Below are positions 30,744 to 45,523 of a DNA stretch of 64,000 nt, one piece after another. Each line of letters starts with the position of its first letter. Positions within the stretch are counted from its first letter, which is position 1. The notes under the pieces are model-generated. The model ran no database searches and was not told the origin of the DNA. It saw nothing but the letters and a program-made list of their open reading frames with translations. The position numbers and the translations under genes were made by a program. This DNA is from the human T2T-CHM13v2.0 reference genome, Homo sapiens, in the NCBI RefSeq assembly GCF_009914755.1, contig NC_060925.1. The stretch is one strand, 5' to 3'.

Positions 30744-31160
30744 TGTCTTACTTAGTTTGCTTGAGCTGCCTTAACAAAGTACCATGGACTGGCTGGTTTA
30801 AGCAACAAACATTATTTCCCACAGTTCTGGAGGCTGAGAAGTGATGAAGATGCTGGCTGATTCAGTTCCTGGAGAAAGCCCTCTTCCAGGCCTGTAGACT
30901 GCCACTTTCTCTGTGTGTCCTCTCATGGTCTTTTCTCCATGTGTGCTTGTGAAGAAAGAGACAGCAGCTCTCTTTCTCTTCCTTTCCTTATAGGGCCCCA
31001 CCCTCACTACTTAATCTAATCCTGAGTACCTCCCAAGGCCCCCCACCCCCCGCCGTCATCTCCAAATACCCCCTCCCCCTATCATCTCCAAATACTATCA
31101 CTTTGGGAATTAGGGGTTCAACATATGAATTTTGGGGGGACACAAACATTTACTCTATAA
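30744..31160 (-). mobile_element. MLT1A-type MaLR LTR
   Basis: cacagttctggaggctgagaag ... ttcaacatatgaattttgggggga cacaaacatt. Confidence 0.8.
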
Positions 31161-31441
31161 TTGAATCAGTCTGAGAGATAATATCTTAGTAACAAACCAG
31201 GTAAATCTAGGCTGACCACAGAAACAAGTTGTCAGTTTGGAGAGGCCGGACAGAAGAAAGATGTGAGCCAATAAGACAAATTAGAGACACTTGAAGAGAG
31301 GGAAGGTTCAAAGCCTGAAAATGGGATGGCAGAGATTTGAGAAATTATCTATAATAACAAGGAGTGATGGCTATAACAATTTTGTTTTGGGGTTCTTACT
31401 GCCTTAGATATATGTAGGCAGGGGAGACATGGTAAAGATGC

Positions 31442-31833
31442 TGTATTAGGCTGTTCTTGCATTGCTATAAAGAAATACCCGAGACTGGGTAATTTATAGG
31501 AAAAGAGGTTTAATTGGCTCACAGTTCTGCAGGCTATACAGGAAGTATGGTGCCAACATCTGCTTCTGAAGAGGCCCCAGGAAGCTCATAATTGTGGCAG
31601 AAAGTGAAGGGCGGGGGGAGTGTAGGCATCTCACACAGTAGGAGCAAGAGCGAGAGAGTGAGTGGGAGATGTCACAAACCAGGTCTCATGAGAGCTCACT
31701 ATTGTGAGGACAGCACCAAGCCATGAGGGATCCATCTCATGACCCAAACACCTGCCAACAAGCCCCACCTCCCCAACACTGGGGATTACAATTCAACATG
31801 AGATTTAGTGGGGTCATATATTAAACTGTATCA
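31442..31833 (-). mobile_element. MSTA-type MaLR solo LTR
   Basis: TG...CA ends and a perfect 5-bp TSD GATGC (31437-31441, 31834-31838). MST-type gcattgctataaagaaatacccgagactgggtaattt. Confidence 0.9.
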
Positions 31834-32328
31834 GATGCCTGTAGTACTAATAACAGCTTGGGGCCAAGGTCTGCACAAAGACTGAATGGGTGATGTTTTA
31901 CTCCACAAGAAAAGAATGAATAGTGTACCAAAACCTTTTTAAAAATAATATTTACAATAAATTATTTTCATGTCTTCACAGATAACCCATAATGACTTTT
32001 TGCTTTGTACTGATGGTGATTTCTGATATCAACATCCTGGTGTATCAGTGCTGTTTCTGACCTCTTTCTGATGGTAGCTTTTGATGAAAATATACAAATT
32101 TTTGGTAAAGGATCTTTATGGTGATCAGAAATCCACTTCAACTTTTATCCTTTATACTTCAAAATGTCAATGAGAATGACTACTTAAAATACCAAATCCC
32201 ATCTAAAACAACCCCCCAAAATCTCATAAAATATTGAAGCTAAAAGAAAGAACGAGTTACTATGTGCATGATAGTTTCTTCTTTTTCCTTTGGGTTTTAT
32301 ACCTTCTTCAGTTTCTGATTTGTTACAG

Positions 32329-32657
32329 CAGCAGTCCCCAATCTTTTTGGGACCAGGGACTGGTTTCATAGAAGATAATTTTTCCATGGACAGTGGGTGG
32401 GGTGGGGGATGATGGCTTCAGGGTGAAACTGTTCCACTTCAGATCACCATAAGGAGTGTGCAACCTAGATCCCTCACATGAGCAGTTCAAGGTAGGGTTT
32501 GCGCTGCTATGGGATTCTAATGCCATCGCTGATCTGACAGTTATGTGGAATGCAAGTGGTAATGCTTGCTTGCACAGCTCACCTCCTGCTTGCCAGCCGA
32601 GTTCCTAACAGGCCCTGGACTGGTACTGATCTGTGGCCTGGGGGTTGGGGATCACTG
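32329..32657 (+). mobile_element. MER1B (hAT-Charlie)
   Basis: TIRs CAGCAGTCCCCAA ... TTGGGGATCACTG, with a degenerate 8-bp TSD TGTTACAG/CATTACAG. Confidence 0.85.
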
Positions 32658-32779
32658 CATTACAGGAAGGCCAGGCCTTATTTTATTTAGAACCTGTATA
32701 CTGGGGTAGTGATTTTTAGTATTTTTTTCATTATGTGTTTTAAAACTACAACAAAGCAATTTAAAGGTCTTATAAGGTT

Positions 32780-34620
32780 TATACCTTTTTTTTCTTTTTT
32801 TTGTGTGTGTGTCTGATTGCACTGCTAGAACCTGTAATAGATTTTTGAGTAGCTTTTTGTTCTTGATCTTAATGGGGAAGCTTTCAGTCTTTCACCCTTG
32901 AGTATGATGGCTGCTTTAGGTTTTTAATAGGTGCCCTGTATCAGATTAGGAAATACCCTTGCATTCCTAGTTCGCTGAGAATTTTCATCAGGAATGGATA
33001 TTGGATTTGGTCAAATACTTTTTCTGCATCTCTTGATGATCATGAGGTCATTCTTTTTAAGTCTTTTAATGTAGCAAGTTGTTACATTAGTTGAGTTTTG
33101 AATGTTAGACACCCTTTGGTAATTATTCTGTAATCTTAAAAGTAGTTTTCTGTGTTTATGAGGGATATTAGTTTGTTTGTTTATTTATTTATTATATTTG
33201 TCTGATTCTGGTATCAGAGTAATGTTGGCCCCATGAAATGAGTTGGTTTTCCATTTTCAGTGTCCTGAAAGAGTTTCCATAGAACTGGTATTGATTTTTA
33301 CCTAAATGCTTGATAGAATTCGTCAGTGAAATAATCTGAACTGGAGTTTTCTTTGTGGAGAGGTTTTAACTATACATTCAGTTTCTTTAATAGATACAGG
33401 CTGTTAAGGTAATCTAGTTCCTGAGTTCACTTGAGTAGTTTTTTTTTTTTAAACAAGGAATGTAAATTATTGAATTGTTGACATAAAGTTGCTAATAATA
33501 GTTTCTTACTGTCATTTGAGTATTTGTAGGATTGTAATTATATCAGTTCTCTCATTGCTGATATTGGTAGTTTGTGGTTTCTCTTTTTTCCCTTCTCGTC
33601 ATTATTAGAAATTTATCAATTTTATTGATCTCAAATAACTAGCTTTTGGATGTATTGGTTTTTCTCTGTTCTTTTGTTTTATATTTTATTTCTTGTTTTG
33701 CTTTTATCTTTATTATTTTCTTTCTTCTTCTAACTTTGGGTTTAATTTTCTCTTTTTTCCATTTTCTTAAGTTAGAAGCTGAGGTTCTTGATATAAGATC
33801 TTTTTTCCCCCTAATATAGATTGGTTAATGCTATAATTCTCTCTTTAACTTTTCTTTTTTTTTCTTCATATTGGCATTTAGTGCTATGAATTTCAGTCTA
33901 AGAAGTACTTTAGCTTTATCTACAGTTTGATGTTTCCATTTTCTTTCGGTTCAGGGCACTTTCAAATTTCACTTTTTAAAAAACGCCTTTATTGAGGTAT
34001 TATTCACATACCATACCATCCACCCATTTAAAGTATACAATTCAATGGTTTATTCAGAGTTTGGTATATTTAGTATATTCACAATTATCTGCAATGATCA
34101 CCAGTCATCTAGTTTTACTTTTGATTTCTTCTTGGACCTGTGATTATTGAGAAGTGTTTTATTGAGTTTATAAATATTTGGAGACTATCCAGATACCTTT
34201 ATGTTACCTGGTTTCTACTCTAATCCCATTGTAGCAAAAAACATACTTTATATGGTCTGAATACTTTTAATTTCATTGAAACTTGTTTTATGACCTAGAA
34301 AATGGTCTGTATTGGTACATGTTCCGTTTGCATTTAAACAGAATGTATATTTTGTTATAGTGTTCTGTAAATGTCAATTAGGTCAAGTTGGTTGATGGTG
34401 TTGTTCAAGTCTTTTATGTCCTTATTGATTTTCCTTCTATTTTGATCAGTTATTGAGTGAAGGATGTTGAAATTACCTATAACATTGTGAATTTGTTTAC
34501 TTCTTTCATTTCTATCAGTTTTTGCTTCAGGTATTTTGAAATTTTGTTATTAGGTGTGTGACGTTTATCATTGTTACATTCTCTTGACATATTGACCTCA
34601 TTAATACAAAGTGACCCTTT
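32780..34620 (-). mobile_element. Old L1M ORF2 fragment
   Basis: Antisense ORF2 homology (ctttcagtctttcacc, tctggtatcagagtaatgttggcc). Confidence 0.7.
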
Positions 34621-37165
34621 TTATACCTGCTCTAAAAGTTACTGTTAGATTTAATATAGCTGTTCTCACTTAAACTTTATTGAGTTACTTTACACACTGT
34701 AAAATTTACCCATGTTAACTGTACAGTTAGGTGGGAGCTATGCCTCCTGTACATAGGATGATGATTTCCAAATCTGTGTTTTCAGACTTTGACATCTGAA
34801 CCTACGAGCTTTGTTGACTTCTTAAACTTAACAGGTCTAAAATCATACACATTCATCTCTTTCTCACTCCTTCCCTTTATCCCAAATCACCCTTTCTTTC
34901 TTTGTTCTTGGTTCAGTTAATGGCACCCGTTTCTATCCAGTCAGTATTGTGAAAAATCTATTATTGTTAATTAATTCCTTTTCCTTCTCATGTTTAATCA
35001 CTTGCCTAAATTTCTAGCTTTCTAAGGTCTCTTATATTGGTCCTTCTTCTCTGTATCTACTTTAAATACATTTTATTAGGCCCTTGTCATTTTTTGCCTG
35101 GGAGGACTGCTGTGACTTCCTGACTCCTTTTCCTACTTCCAGCCTTATATCCCCTCCCTTTCTACTCCCACCTTGCCTCAAGTCAATCCTGAGGAGGCAT
35201 TCTTTCCAAGATTTAAGTACAATCATGCCATTTTCAAGTTGAAGTTCTTTAGTGCCTTGCATTTTTCCCCAGGCTGCATTGTTAGCTCAATTAATGATTG
35301 AGCTTTTGTCTTCTCTAGCTTCCTTGCTATAGTATATTGTGTTACTTCTTCTGTGTCTTTGTACACTCTGCTATCTTCGTCTAGAATGCCCTTATTACTT
35401 GATCTGCATGGCAAACTCTTATTCTTTTAATTTTTATTTGAAGATCATGTATGTCTTTCTCTGTTTCCCTATGTAAATCTGCTTTCAAGTCATATACTTG
35501 TATGGTTAACAAGTAACTATTCTTTTCTATGTATATCTTACCTTTTCTATAGCTGTCCGTGGTATTTATTTTCTCTTTCACACATTTTGTGCTTACTTTG
35601 TTTATGTATTCATTAGATTGTGAACTCCTGTGGGCAAATCATGTGCCTTATTTTTCTCTGTATACCTTGCCTTTCACATTTCGTAAATTTTACTGAGTTA
35701 AGCTGAAATTACTTGAATGACAGATAACCATTGATTTAATCTGAAATTACCATAAACGCAAACTGAAATCCTTTGAAAACCCTAGTTAGAATAATCTATA
35801 ACTGCTTTCTACAGAAACAAAATCTTTTAATAGCCAGATAGGTGACCTATACCTAACTAGAGACAGTAAGTTTGTGTTGATGGTCCATGGCTGCATTATT
35901 AAAGTGGGAGTGCTAAAGCACTTAGTATTTTGTAGGTGCCACATGACCAAAGTAATTGGATTTGGTATAAAAGCTTGAGATTCTGTGGATTTCTCAGTGC
36001 TTAGCCTTAAATCTTTTTTAGCCTCTTTCATGTGGCCAACCAATTCATATTGAGAAACAGTTGGGCTTCTTCATTAACGTGTTATTTTAGGAATGGGATT
36101 ACTGTTAAGGAGTGGTGATCCCAAATGTGATACAATTTGTCTTGTTTGGCCTTTAACTACAGTCAGTACACTGGAAACTATGTGATTCTTAAGATGATAA
36201 TGTTCAGAAACTTTTGGTCATTTGTAAGACAGTATTATTCTGTGCTGGTAGAGTATGTTCATTTGCTGTTGAAAATCATCTTAGACCAGATTTGTAAACA
36301 TCTCCCTTATAATAACACCATTTTAATTAACCTCTTGGTTATTTCCAGGTTTAAGGAGATCTTTTTATTACCTTGAAGGTGTGGCATTTCTTTTAGGAAG
36401 GTCTTAAATTCCTTCAGGCACTTGCCACTAAAGGAGTGTAGAATGCTGTTGTTTCATTATTTTCTGTATCAGTTGCTGACTATCCTATAGTCATTTCCCA
36501 AAATCATTCTTGGCCTATATTGTGCACAAGTAACTATTTATATAACTGCTTCAACTATTTTTTTTTTTGTGTGTGTGTGTGTTTTCCTGGATTCTCTGAA
36601 ATTTCTTTTGAATATTATTAAAATATAGGATGTTTGAGAAGGCTATTTAATATCTAACTTTGTCATAAAAAAACTTTTAGTATTGGCCATTGTTACTTAT
36701 CTTTTAAAAGGTAGCATTACATTGTTGATTCATTTAGCATTTTTTTTTAGTCATTAAATGGAGCAATGGGGAGTTATTCTTGGAATTTGGCGATGAGAGT
36801 CAATGTAAAATTCATTTATGATTGTTAACAATAGTTATCTGCCAAAGTCTTTAAAGGGCTCTCATATTCTTAGACCTTATTCGGAAGAAGATGGTCTAGA
36901 AATCTTAGCAAGGTAGTAATGGATGTGAATGAAAGCTGATATAAATAGTGGTATTATCATAGAAGAAATAATGTATCAATGGAAGTTTGAATGTGTGGAG
37001 TCTAGTGATGGGACCCAATAGATAGGGAGGGAAGGAAATTATGTTTACTGAGTACCTGCTGTCTGCTCGTAGTTTCCTTCCCTTGCTGAGCTCTTATTTA
37101 TTTGTTGATTCTTTTGAGTTTTCTATGTAGAACTCCTATTGCCTGTGACAAAAGACAGTGGGTTT

Positions 37166-37462
37166 CCTTTTTTTTTTTTTGAGATGGAGTCTTGCCCTGT
37201 CGCCCAGGCTGGAGTGCAGTGGCGCAGTCTTGGCTCACTGCAAGCTCTGCCTCCCGGGTTCACGCCATTCTCCTGCCTCAGCCTCCTGAGTAGCTGGGAC
37301 TACAGGCACCCGCCACCATGCCTGGCTAATTTTTTTGTATTTTCAGTAGAGACGGGGTTTCACCGTATTAGCCAGGATGGTCTCAATCTCCTGACCTCGT
37401 GATCCGCCCGCCTCGGCCTCCCAAAGTGCTGGGATTACAGGGGTGAGCCACTGCGCCTGGCC
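37166..37462 (-). mobile_element. AluY/Sc-like
   Basis: Full antisense Alu inside an L1M fragment. Confidence 0.93.
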
Positions 37463-38814
37463 TTCATTTTCTCTTTTTATGTTGCTGGCTAGGACTTCTA
37501 GTACAATCAAATAGAAGCCGTGATAGTGAGCATCCTTACTTGTTTCCCTCACTTTGAGAGAGAATTACTTTTGTAGTTTATCAAGAATGTGATTTGCTGT
37601 AGTTTTTGGAGATATCTTTTATTAGGTTGAAGAAGTTCTCTTTTTCTCCATTCACTTTCTTCTTCTGTTTCTACTGAATGAGTGTAAGAGCAGAAGTGAC
37701 CAAAAGGCTGGAACACTGTACTTTTGAGGGTACATTGAAGATGATAAAGCCAATGATCAGAGGCCTGTTGGTAAAGCAGGTTTGAGGAAGAGGGAGCTTC
37801 AAAGGAAGGATCAATTTTTAATAGTGGTGGATAGAAGAGTGATGTAAAGTGTAGGAAGTGGAAACAGCAAGTGTAGTACTGTTTGAAAAAGTAAAGTGAA
37901 GGAAGGAGAACACCAATGAAGGTTGAAGTGGAGGCAGTTTTGAGGGGAGTTTTTATTTATTTTTTAAGGACGGGTGAAACTTCATATTTGTAAGTAAAGG
38001 TTAAAGCTCCAGTAGAGAAGGAAAGAGTGAATATAAAGGAAAATTTCTGCCAACCAAAATTCCAGCGTAATTTTATGTATCCCTATGTAAATTAGAATCA
38101 TCCAGAATGCTTCCAAACATGATTCAAGAGCCACAGCGGCTTAAGCAAGATAGAAGTTAATTTCTGTTCACACATATGAATTCTGCAGGACAGTTTCAAT
38201 AAGAGAGGCTGAGAAATAGAGTTTTTATTTAGCAGGATCATGGGTCTAGCCAAAACTTGAGGGCTCTAGGACTAAGGAGGAAGAAAGAAAAGATTTTGGG
38301 AGACAGTTTTCAGTATCTGCACAGTAAGTGTGAGAAAACTCTTAAATAAAATTTATCTCTCTCAGTATTTGCATAGTGTTTAAGAAGTCAAAATGCATTT
38401 GTTTATATCTAGACTCTACTTACTAGCTCCTTGACCCTGAACAAACTATTTTTCTCTTTGTGCCTTAATTTTTTCATAACAAGGTAGAGAATAATGGTGT
38501 TTGATAGAGAGTACCTCATAAGTTGGTATGATAATTAAATAAGATAATATATGTAATTGATGAAGCCATTGCCTTGTACATCTAAGCCACAATTACTAGT
38601 TTTGTTGTCATTTGCCCTTGCTCTTCAAGGATCAGGGATGTGTTGAAGGACAAAACACAAAAAAACAAAATAATATAACAAAAACAACAAACAAAACCTT
38701 ATATTACTTATGGGATATCCAAAAGTTAATTAAACATTACACATTAAGATACAATTGAAAAGAGTAACTTCAAATCTCATGAGAACTTGTAGATATAAAA
38801 CTAGATTTTTTTGG

Positions 38815-39460
38815 AAACCTTGGAAGGTACTCAGCCAAACTGCAAAGTTTGAGGACACAGTTCTTCACATGACCACTCTCACATCTGGCACCACTTGCAA
38901 ATTCAGAGGGCTCCCCAGACCACCCTCTGGCTTGATAATTTGCAAGGACTCACAAAGGGATTACAGATTACAGGGATCCAGATTAAAATCAGCCAAGGGA
39001 AGAAACACATAGGGTGAAGTCAGGAAAGTTCCAAATGTTGATCTGCCAGTGTCCTTTTCCCATGGAGTCAGGACATGTTCTTCCAGCACCAATGTGTGAC
39101 AGTATGCATGATTGCCAACCTGGTAACCTCATCCAAGCTTCAGTGTATAGAGTTTTATGGGGCTTCATTATGTAGGCATCATTGATTGATTACTCAATTG
39201 CCTGTATGGTTGAACTCAGTCTCCCAATGGACTGATACTGTGTAACCCAGAGCCTTGTCCTAAGCCATATTGTTGGTGTTTATGACATGGCCAGCTTTTG
39301 CTTTAAAACTATTAGTTGTGGCCAACCCTACCTGAAGATCTGGTATGGCCAGCACCCATAATAAACAAGCACACTTCTATCAACTATGACACATTACCTC
39401 CCAGAAGCTGAAGTCAATGGTGAGACTTCTCTTTGGACAAGGCCAAATTCTTTACTACAC
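38815..39460 (-). mobile_element. MER21/MER77-like LTR
   Basis: ccccagaccaccctctggcttgataatttgc ... ggccaaattctttactacaca. Family recalled from memory. Confidence 0.55.
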
Positions 39461-40720
39461 AGGAAGATACAAGACACTGATGAAAAGGAATGATCTTTAC
39501 AAATGAAAGTCTAACATAATTATCTGTTGAAAATACCAAAGTTAAAAACAATCTTAAAAATATGTATATAAGAGAAAGATCATCCAAGTGAAAATAAAAC
39601 CCCCAGCTGGAGTAATTTAAAAATCTAGAAATTTGGCTGCCAAAGCAAAATTTGAGGAACCATTTGCATGGAGATCAAAATGAAAATAAAATTTTGAGTC
39701 ATATAGAGAAGAAAACTAGCAAGAAAGTTCATAGTGCTACTAAATAATTATTGTGAAAACTCAAGGAAAAGAAATAAAGCACATTATTTGCTTTGGCAGT
39801 TGTAAAGATTGCTGCATTAACTTGTAATTTGGAACAGAGAGGTTAGAAGGATTGAAATTATTGACTTACATGTGTATAGAACATTACTTTTTACTTGATT
39901 CCAAGGTAAGTACAAGGAAGTACTTAGCAAAAAAGGTTTATAGTGCTTTTAAAGTGGTATAGTCAGGGTAGTGTATGTTTTCCTATCTCTGTTAATGAAG
40001 GTACTAATCATAGAGGTTTTTTTTTTTTTTAGTGATTGTTCCAGGTTGTAGTGTGAGGCATGGGCAGAGATGGAACTAAAATCTTTGTCTCCTGACTTTT
40101 GGGTTAAGTATACTTTTTTTCTAACTGCAAAATGATTCCTCTTGGAACCAGTTAATAGGAGGTCTGACTGAATTTCCTGGAACTCTGGAGTTTCTCTTAG
40201 GACCAGTCTGGTTAGTCTTTTCTTGCCCTCTAGTTGATATTGGTTCTTCTGAAATAGTTTACTCACTAAACTCTTAAGCAAATAGTGCTTGTTGAGGAAC
40301 AAATAAAAATAAATCTATAGATTATTTAGATTTTCAAAATGTGTTTGAATAAGGCTCTTCACAATATTGCAACAACATAGGTTCTGATGAGCAAAGTTTG
40401 ACTGCTGTAACAATAACAAGTGGGATAAGATGATTGGAGCTTTCCTTTAGAGCAAACATTTAGAGGGCTCAATTTTTTATTTTTAAAAATAATTATAAAA
40501 ATTATTATACATGTTGCTATCAAATGTACTTTGCACCTGTGGAGGAACAACTGATGCTAACACGAAGTTAATAGCAATAGTAAGTGAAAATGGAAAACTG
40601 TTACATGGCAGTGTTATTAAGGGGTCTCACCATAACACCTTGTCATTAATTTTAATATGGATTTTAATATTTAATATGCATTTGTATTGCCTACCCTGTA
40701 GTCAGAGCCGCTGTTTATAA

Positions 40721-41055
<335 letters not shown>

Positions 41056-41473
41056 TAGCCTCATGATGGTATATAGACTTTGTATATCATATTTACTTCA
41101 GATGGGGTCTTAGAATCTGTATTTGCATTTTAGTATTTTTAAACACCTATTATATGCCAGGTAGTGTCCTAGGCATTGAGGGATATGTTGGAACAAAAAT
41201 CAGATAGGGTCTCTGAACTTAATGGAGTTAATAGTCATCAGGAGAGACAGGCATTACTCAAAGAATCACATGTGGTTAAGTACTATGAAGGAAAGATACA
41301 TGGTGCCATCAGACTGTATATTAGGGAGATTTGTCTAATCTAGGAGAAGTTATGATTGATCAGTGACTTGAAGGTAAAGAAGAAATTGTAAGAGTGTTTT
41401 AAGCGAGGAAACCTCATGCATATGGGGCTATTGATGGGAAAGAAAATGGTGTGTAAAAGAACTGAAAGAAGGT

Positions 41474-41854
<381 letters not shown>

Positions 41855-43449
41855 TTATACAGAATTTCTTAATAGGCCATAATATAATAGAATTCCTTAG
41901 GATAAGGGAAGCCATGAAGTGTTTTAAGTGAGAGTGAGGCATAGTCTGAATAATTTCAGAAAGCACATTGGGTCTATAGTATGGATAGAGAATAGCTTGT
42001 GGGTGGGTTGGAGAGTGGTTGGAGAGTGAATGTGTGAAGACTATTGGAAGCGTATTACAGTAGTTTAGGTGAGGCATGATGGTAGCCTCCTTATTGTGGT
42101 TCCATCGCATGCTAAAAAGAGTATGCAGAAAAGGAGGACTATGACTAAGTAAGTTCAAGAAGTGTTGTGTTAGGCAACTCTATTGCAGAACTTCTCAGGG
42201 CTTTTAAAATGCCCATGTGCGTGGTGAAGCTCTGTGAGGGGATATGGGATGTTTTGTGGCATATATGTCTTGCCCCCCACAGGGTGGACTCTAGAAAATG
42301 GTGTGTAATACCTGTTCGTGGAAGCTCACTGGTAGGTGAAGATGCTTTCTGAGTGATAACATATGAGCTATTGCAAACATGGTTGGGGATTCCACATGCC
42401 ATTTAGCAATAACTTGGGGATAATGTGGTACGTGGAGATAGAAATGGAAAGCTTGTTTTCCTGGGGCAATCTCCCCATTTGTCATCAGGACAGAAAATTA
42501 CCCTTGAAAGAGCCAGTCTTCCCCATTTGATGTTGCTCTTCTTTGGGGCCCATTTCCAGGTCCTCTGTTTTTCTGAATCTGTGTGCCTGCTTGCACAGTG
42601 AGTGGGTGAGTTGGGGAAATTCTCAGCTGGAAATGTCAGAATACCCATTGATAGTTACTCCATAGAATCTGAAATCTGGGGACAATTGAGGGCCGTGGTG
42701 GTAACTCATGATAGCAAGCACTTTCCCTCTTTCTCTTCTGTCCTGAACCATGTTGGCCACTTGACCTCAGGCTTATAGTCTCTTGATTGCAAGATGGCTC
42801 TCTTAGCTTTAGGCTTCACAAATACATTTGAAGACAGGAATAGGTGGTTGGGTGGGTTTAGACTTAGCAGGTAAATGTCCTTTTCTCAACTGGCTCTGTC
42901 CATTTGTTAATCCGTAAAGGAAAATTCCTGGTAGTTCCCTTTTTTCTCTCTGGTTGAAATAGGGTTTTATGGCTACCCTTAGCTGCAAGGACAGCTGGGA
43001 AAGACTTGATTAACATAGATGGATTATGATCTGTTCTCTGGGGTTAGTAGCACCGTGTTTTTCTGTTGGTAAAATGTGGGGCTGGGATTGGAAGACTCTT
43101 GGGTGTTTCTGCCTTGGATATCTTATATAAGACTTCAATCAGCACCTATGTGCTGATGATGCCCTTGTCTGCCTGAGTCGCCTGAACAGATCAGCCCTCA
43201 TGTCAGTTTCTCATGGTTTCATTCAGGGACCAACCTTAGTTCCCTGCCCTGTTCCTCCCACATCAATCCAGTCTGTCTGTAGGGCCCGTGGATTCTTCCT
43301 CCCTGCTGAATGACCTTTTGTATTACTGACCGTCTAGCCTACTTCACCTCCCTCTCCCTTTCTCTCTCTTGTTTCTCTTATCAGCACCTTTTCAGTGCTA
43401 ATAACTCTTTTTTTTTCTCCAGTGTTTAACATTTTATTGTTAATACTAG

Positions 43450-44400
43450 ATAATATTAGATTGTGAATTTTTCTTTTGGCATACAGGTTTATGATTTAAC
43501 ACGTGCTATTCATGTAACTACCATCATAATTATATATGTAACAATTCTATCATTAAAAAAAAAACTCCCTTGTGTTATTCCTTTATAGTTAGCCCATCCC
43601 TCATCCATAACTCCTGGCTACCACTAATCTATTCACCATCCCTCTTTTTTGTCTTTTTTGAGAATGTCATATAAATGGAATCATATAGTATATAACCTTT
43701 TGAAATTGGCTTCTTTCACTCGGATAAGAATGCCTTTGAGATCCATTCAAGAAGTGTGTATAAACAATTCACTCCTTTTTATTGCTAAGTAGTAGTCTGT
43801 AGTGTGGATATACCACAGTTTTGTTTAACTGTTTATTTTTGGAGGATATCTTGATTGTTTTCAGTTTTTGCCTATTATGGGCTATAAACATTTGTGTATA
43901 GTCCTTTGTCCTCCATTTTTTTTCATTATGGCAAAATACAATTAACATAAAATTTACCATCTTAACCATTTTAATGTGTACAATTCAGTAGCATTAAATA
44001 CATTCATATTGTTGTACAACCATCACCATCATCCATTTCCAGAACTCTTTTCATCTTGCAAACCTGAAACTCTGTCTGTACCCATTAAACAATAACTTCT
44101 CATTATCCCATCTCTAGTTCCTGGCTACCACCATTCTACTTTTTGTCTCTAGGGTTTTGCCTTCTTTAAGTACCTTCTACAAGTGGAATCATACAGTATT
44201 TGTCTTTTTGTGACCAGCTTGTATAAAGGTTTTTTTTTTTTTTTCAGTGATCATAAGTCTTTATTTCTCTGAGATAAATGCCGAGAAGTGCATTTGCAGG
44301 ATTCTATGATAGTTACATCTTTAGTGTTTTAAAAAAACACAAACTTTTCCAAAGTGGAAAAATTTACACCATTTTACATTCTCACTAGCAATGTTATAAG
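43450..44400 (-). mobile_element. Old L1M 3'-end fragments (nested)
   Basis: ataaatggaatcatatagtatataaccttttg and aacataaaatttaccatcttaaccattttaa. Confidence 0.7.
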
Positions 44401-45267
44401 TTCAGCCATCTGCAGAGCTTGAATTAAATTTCTGGAGAGATGACCTATTGACTCTTGGGTTAGGTGTTTACCCTTAGAGTAGTCATCGTTGGTTGACTGA
44501 TTTGGAAAAGAGTGTTTTACAGTAAGTACCACTCTTGTATTCATTCCTGTGGATTGGGGTGGATATAGAGGGAATATTGAACTCTCTTTCACAAAAGTAG
44601 GGCTGGGTGGAAAACGGTGTAGGTGTCCATTGCAGTAGTGGTTTCCAAATCTCTGTGTACACCAGAATCATCTGAGGAGCTCTTCATGATACAGATTCAT
44701 GGGTTTCATATAGACCTACTAAATTGGAATCTGTTTTTAACAAGAGTTCAAGAGAGTTTTAAGTAGTCATGCCCACATCTGTTGGGAATGTTACATTATA
44801 ATATCTATGCACTTTTGAAAACTTAAAGGTTTTAGAAGCATATGCTGTACTATATAAATGAAAAACTTCCTGTTCTCTTATCTTTTCCTCTTATCTTTTT
44901 CTTTGGCCTTATGTTTATATTTTTGTCTCTTCTCTGTTACTTATTCTATTTTTGTTTTCTCTCCTCCATTTAGTTTTCACTGGTGTCTGTTTTTTGCAAG
45001 TGTCTATGGATAAGTTACTGTTATCTTTGCTCTTAGTCTGGAAATTGTATAAAGAGATTATAAACAGAGTTTGATCTTAGGCATCCAGGGTTCCTTTTCT
45101 TTCTCATTCCAGATCTGAATGTGTCTCACTGATAATTCTTTCCTTTTAATGGCAAAAGTAGAAAACAAGTTCCTGGGTTTAATGGAGAAACCTTTATGTT
45201 TTATATTTAAAGGTTGACATTCTTAAGTAGGCTCACTGTTACGTTTTATTTCCTTCTTTTCTCACAG

Positions 45268-45523
45268 GGAAGAGGAAGAACGTCTGAGAAATAAAATTCG
45301 AGCTGATCATGAGAAGGCCTTGGAAGAAGCAAAAGAAAAATTAAGAAAGTCAAGAGAGGAAATTCGAGCAGAAATTCAGACAGAGAAAAATAAGGTAGTC
45401 CAAGAAATGAAGATAAAAGAGAACAAGCCACTGCCACCAGTCCCTATTCCCAACCTTGTAGGAATACGTGGTGGAGACCCAGAAGATAATGACATAAGAG
45501 AGAAAAGGGAAAAAATTAAAGAG
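45268..45523 (+). CDS. MAN1A2: MAN1A2 exon 2 (256 nt): charged coiled-coil stem
   Basis: Acceptor tttccttcttttctcacag|G and donor GAG|GTAATA. Encodes EEEERLRNKIRADHEK...KREKIKE. Confidence 0.97.

Noticed and set aside
42380-42630. NF-kB-like motifs (GGGGATTCCA, GGGGAAATTCTC)
   Set aside because: Imperfect matches expected by chance in 64 kb.
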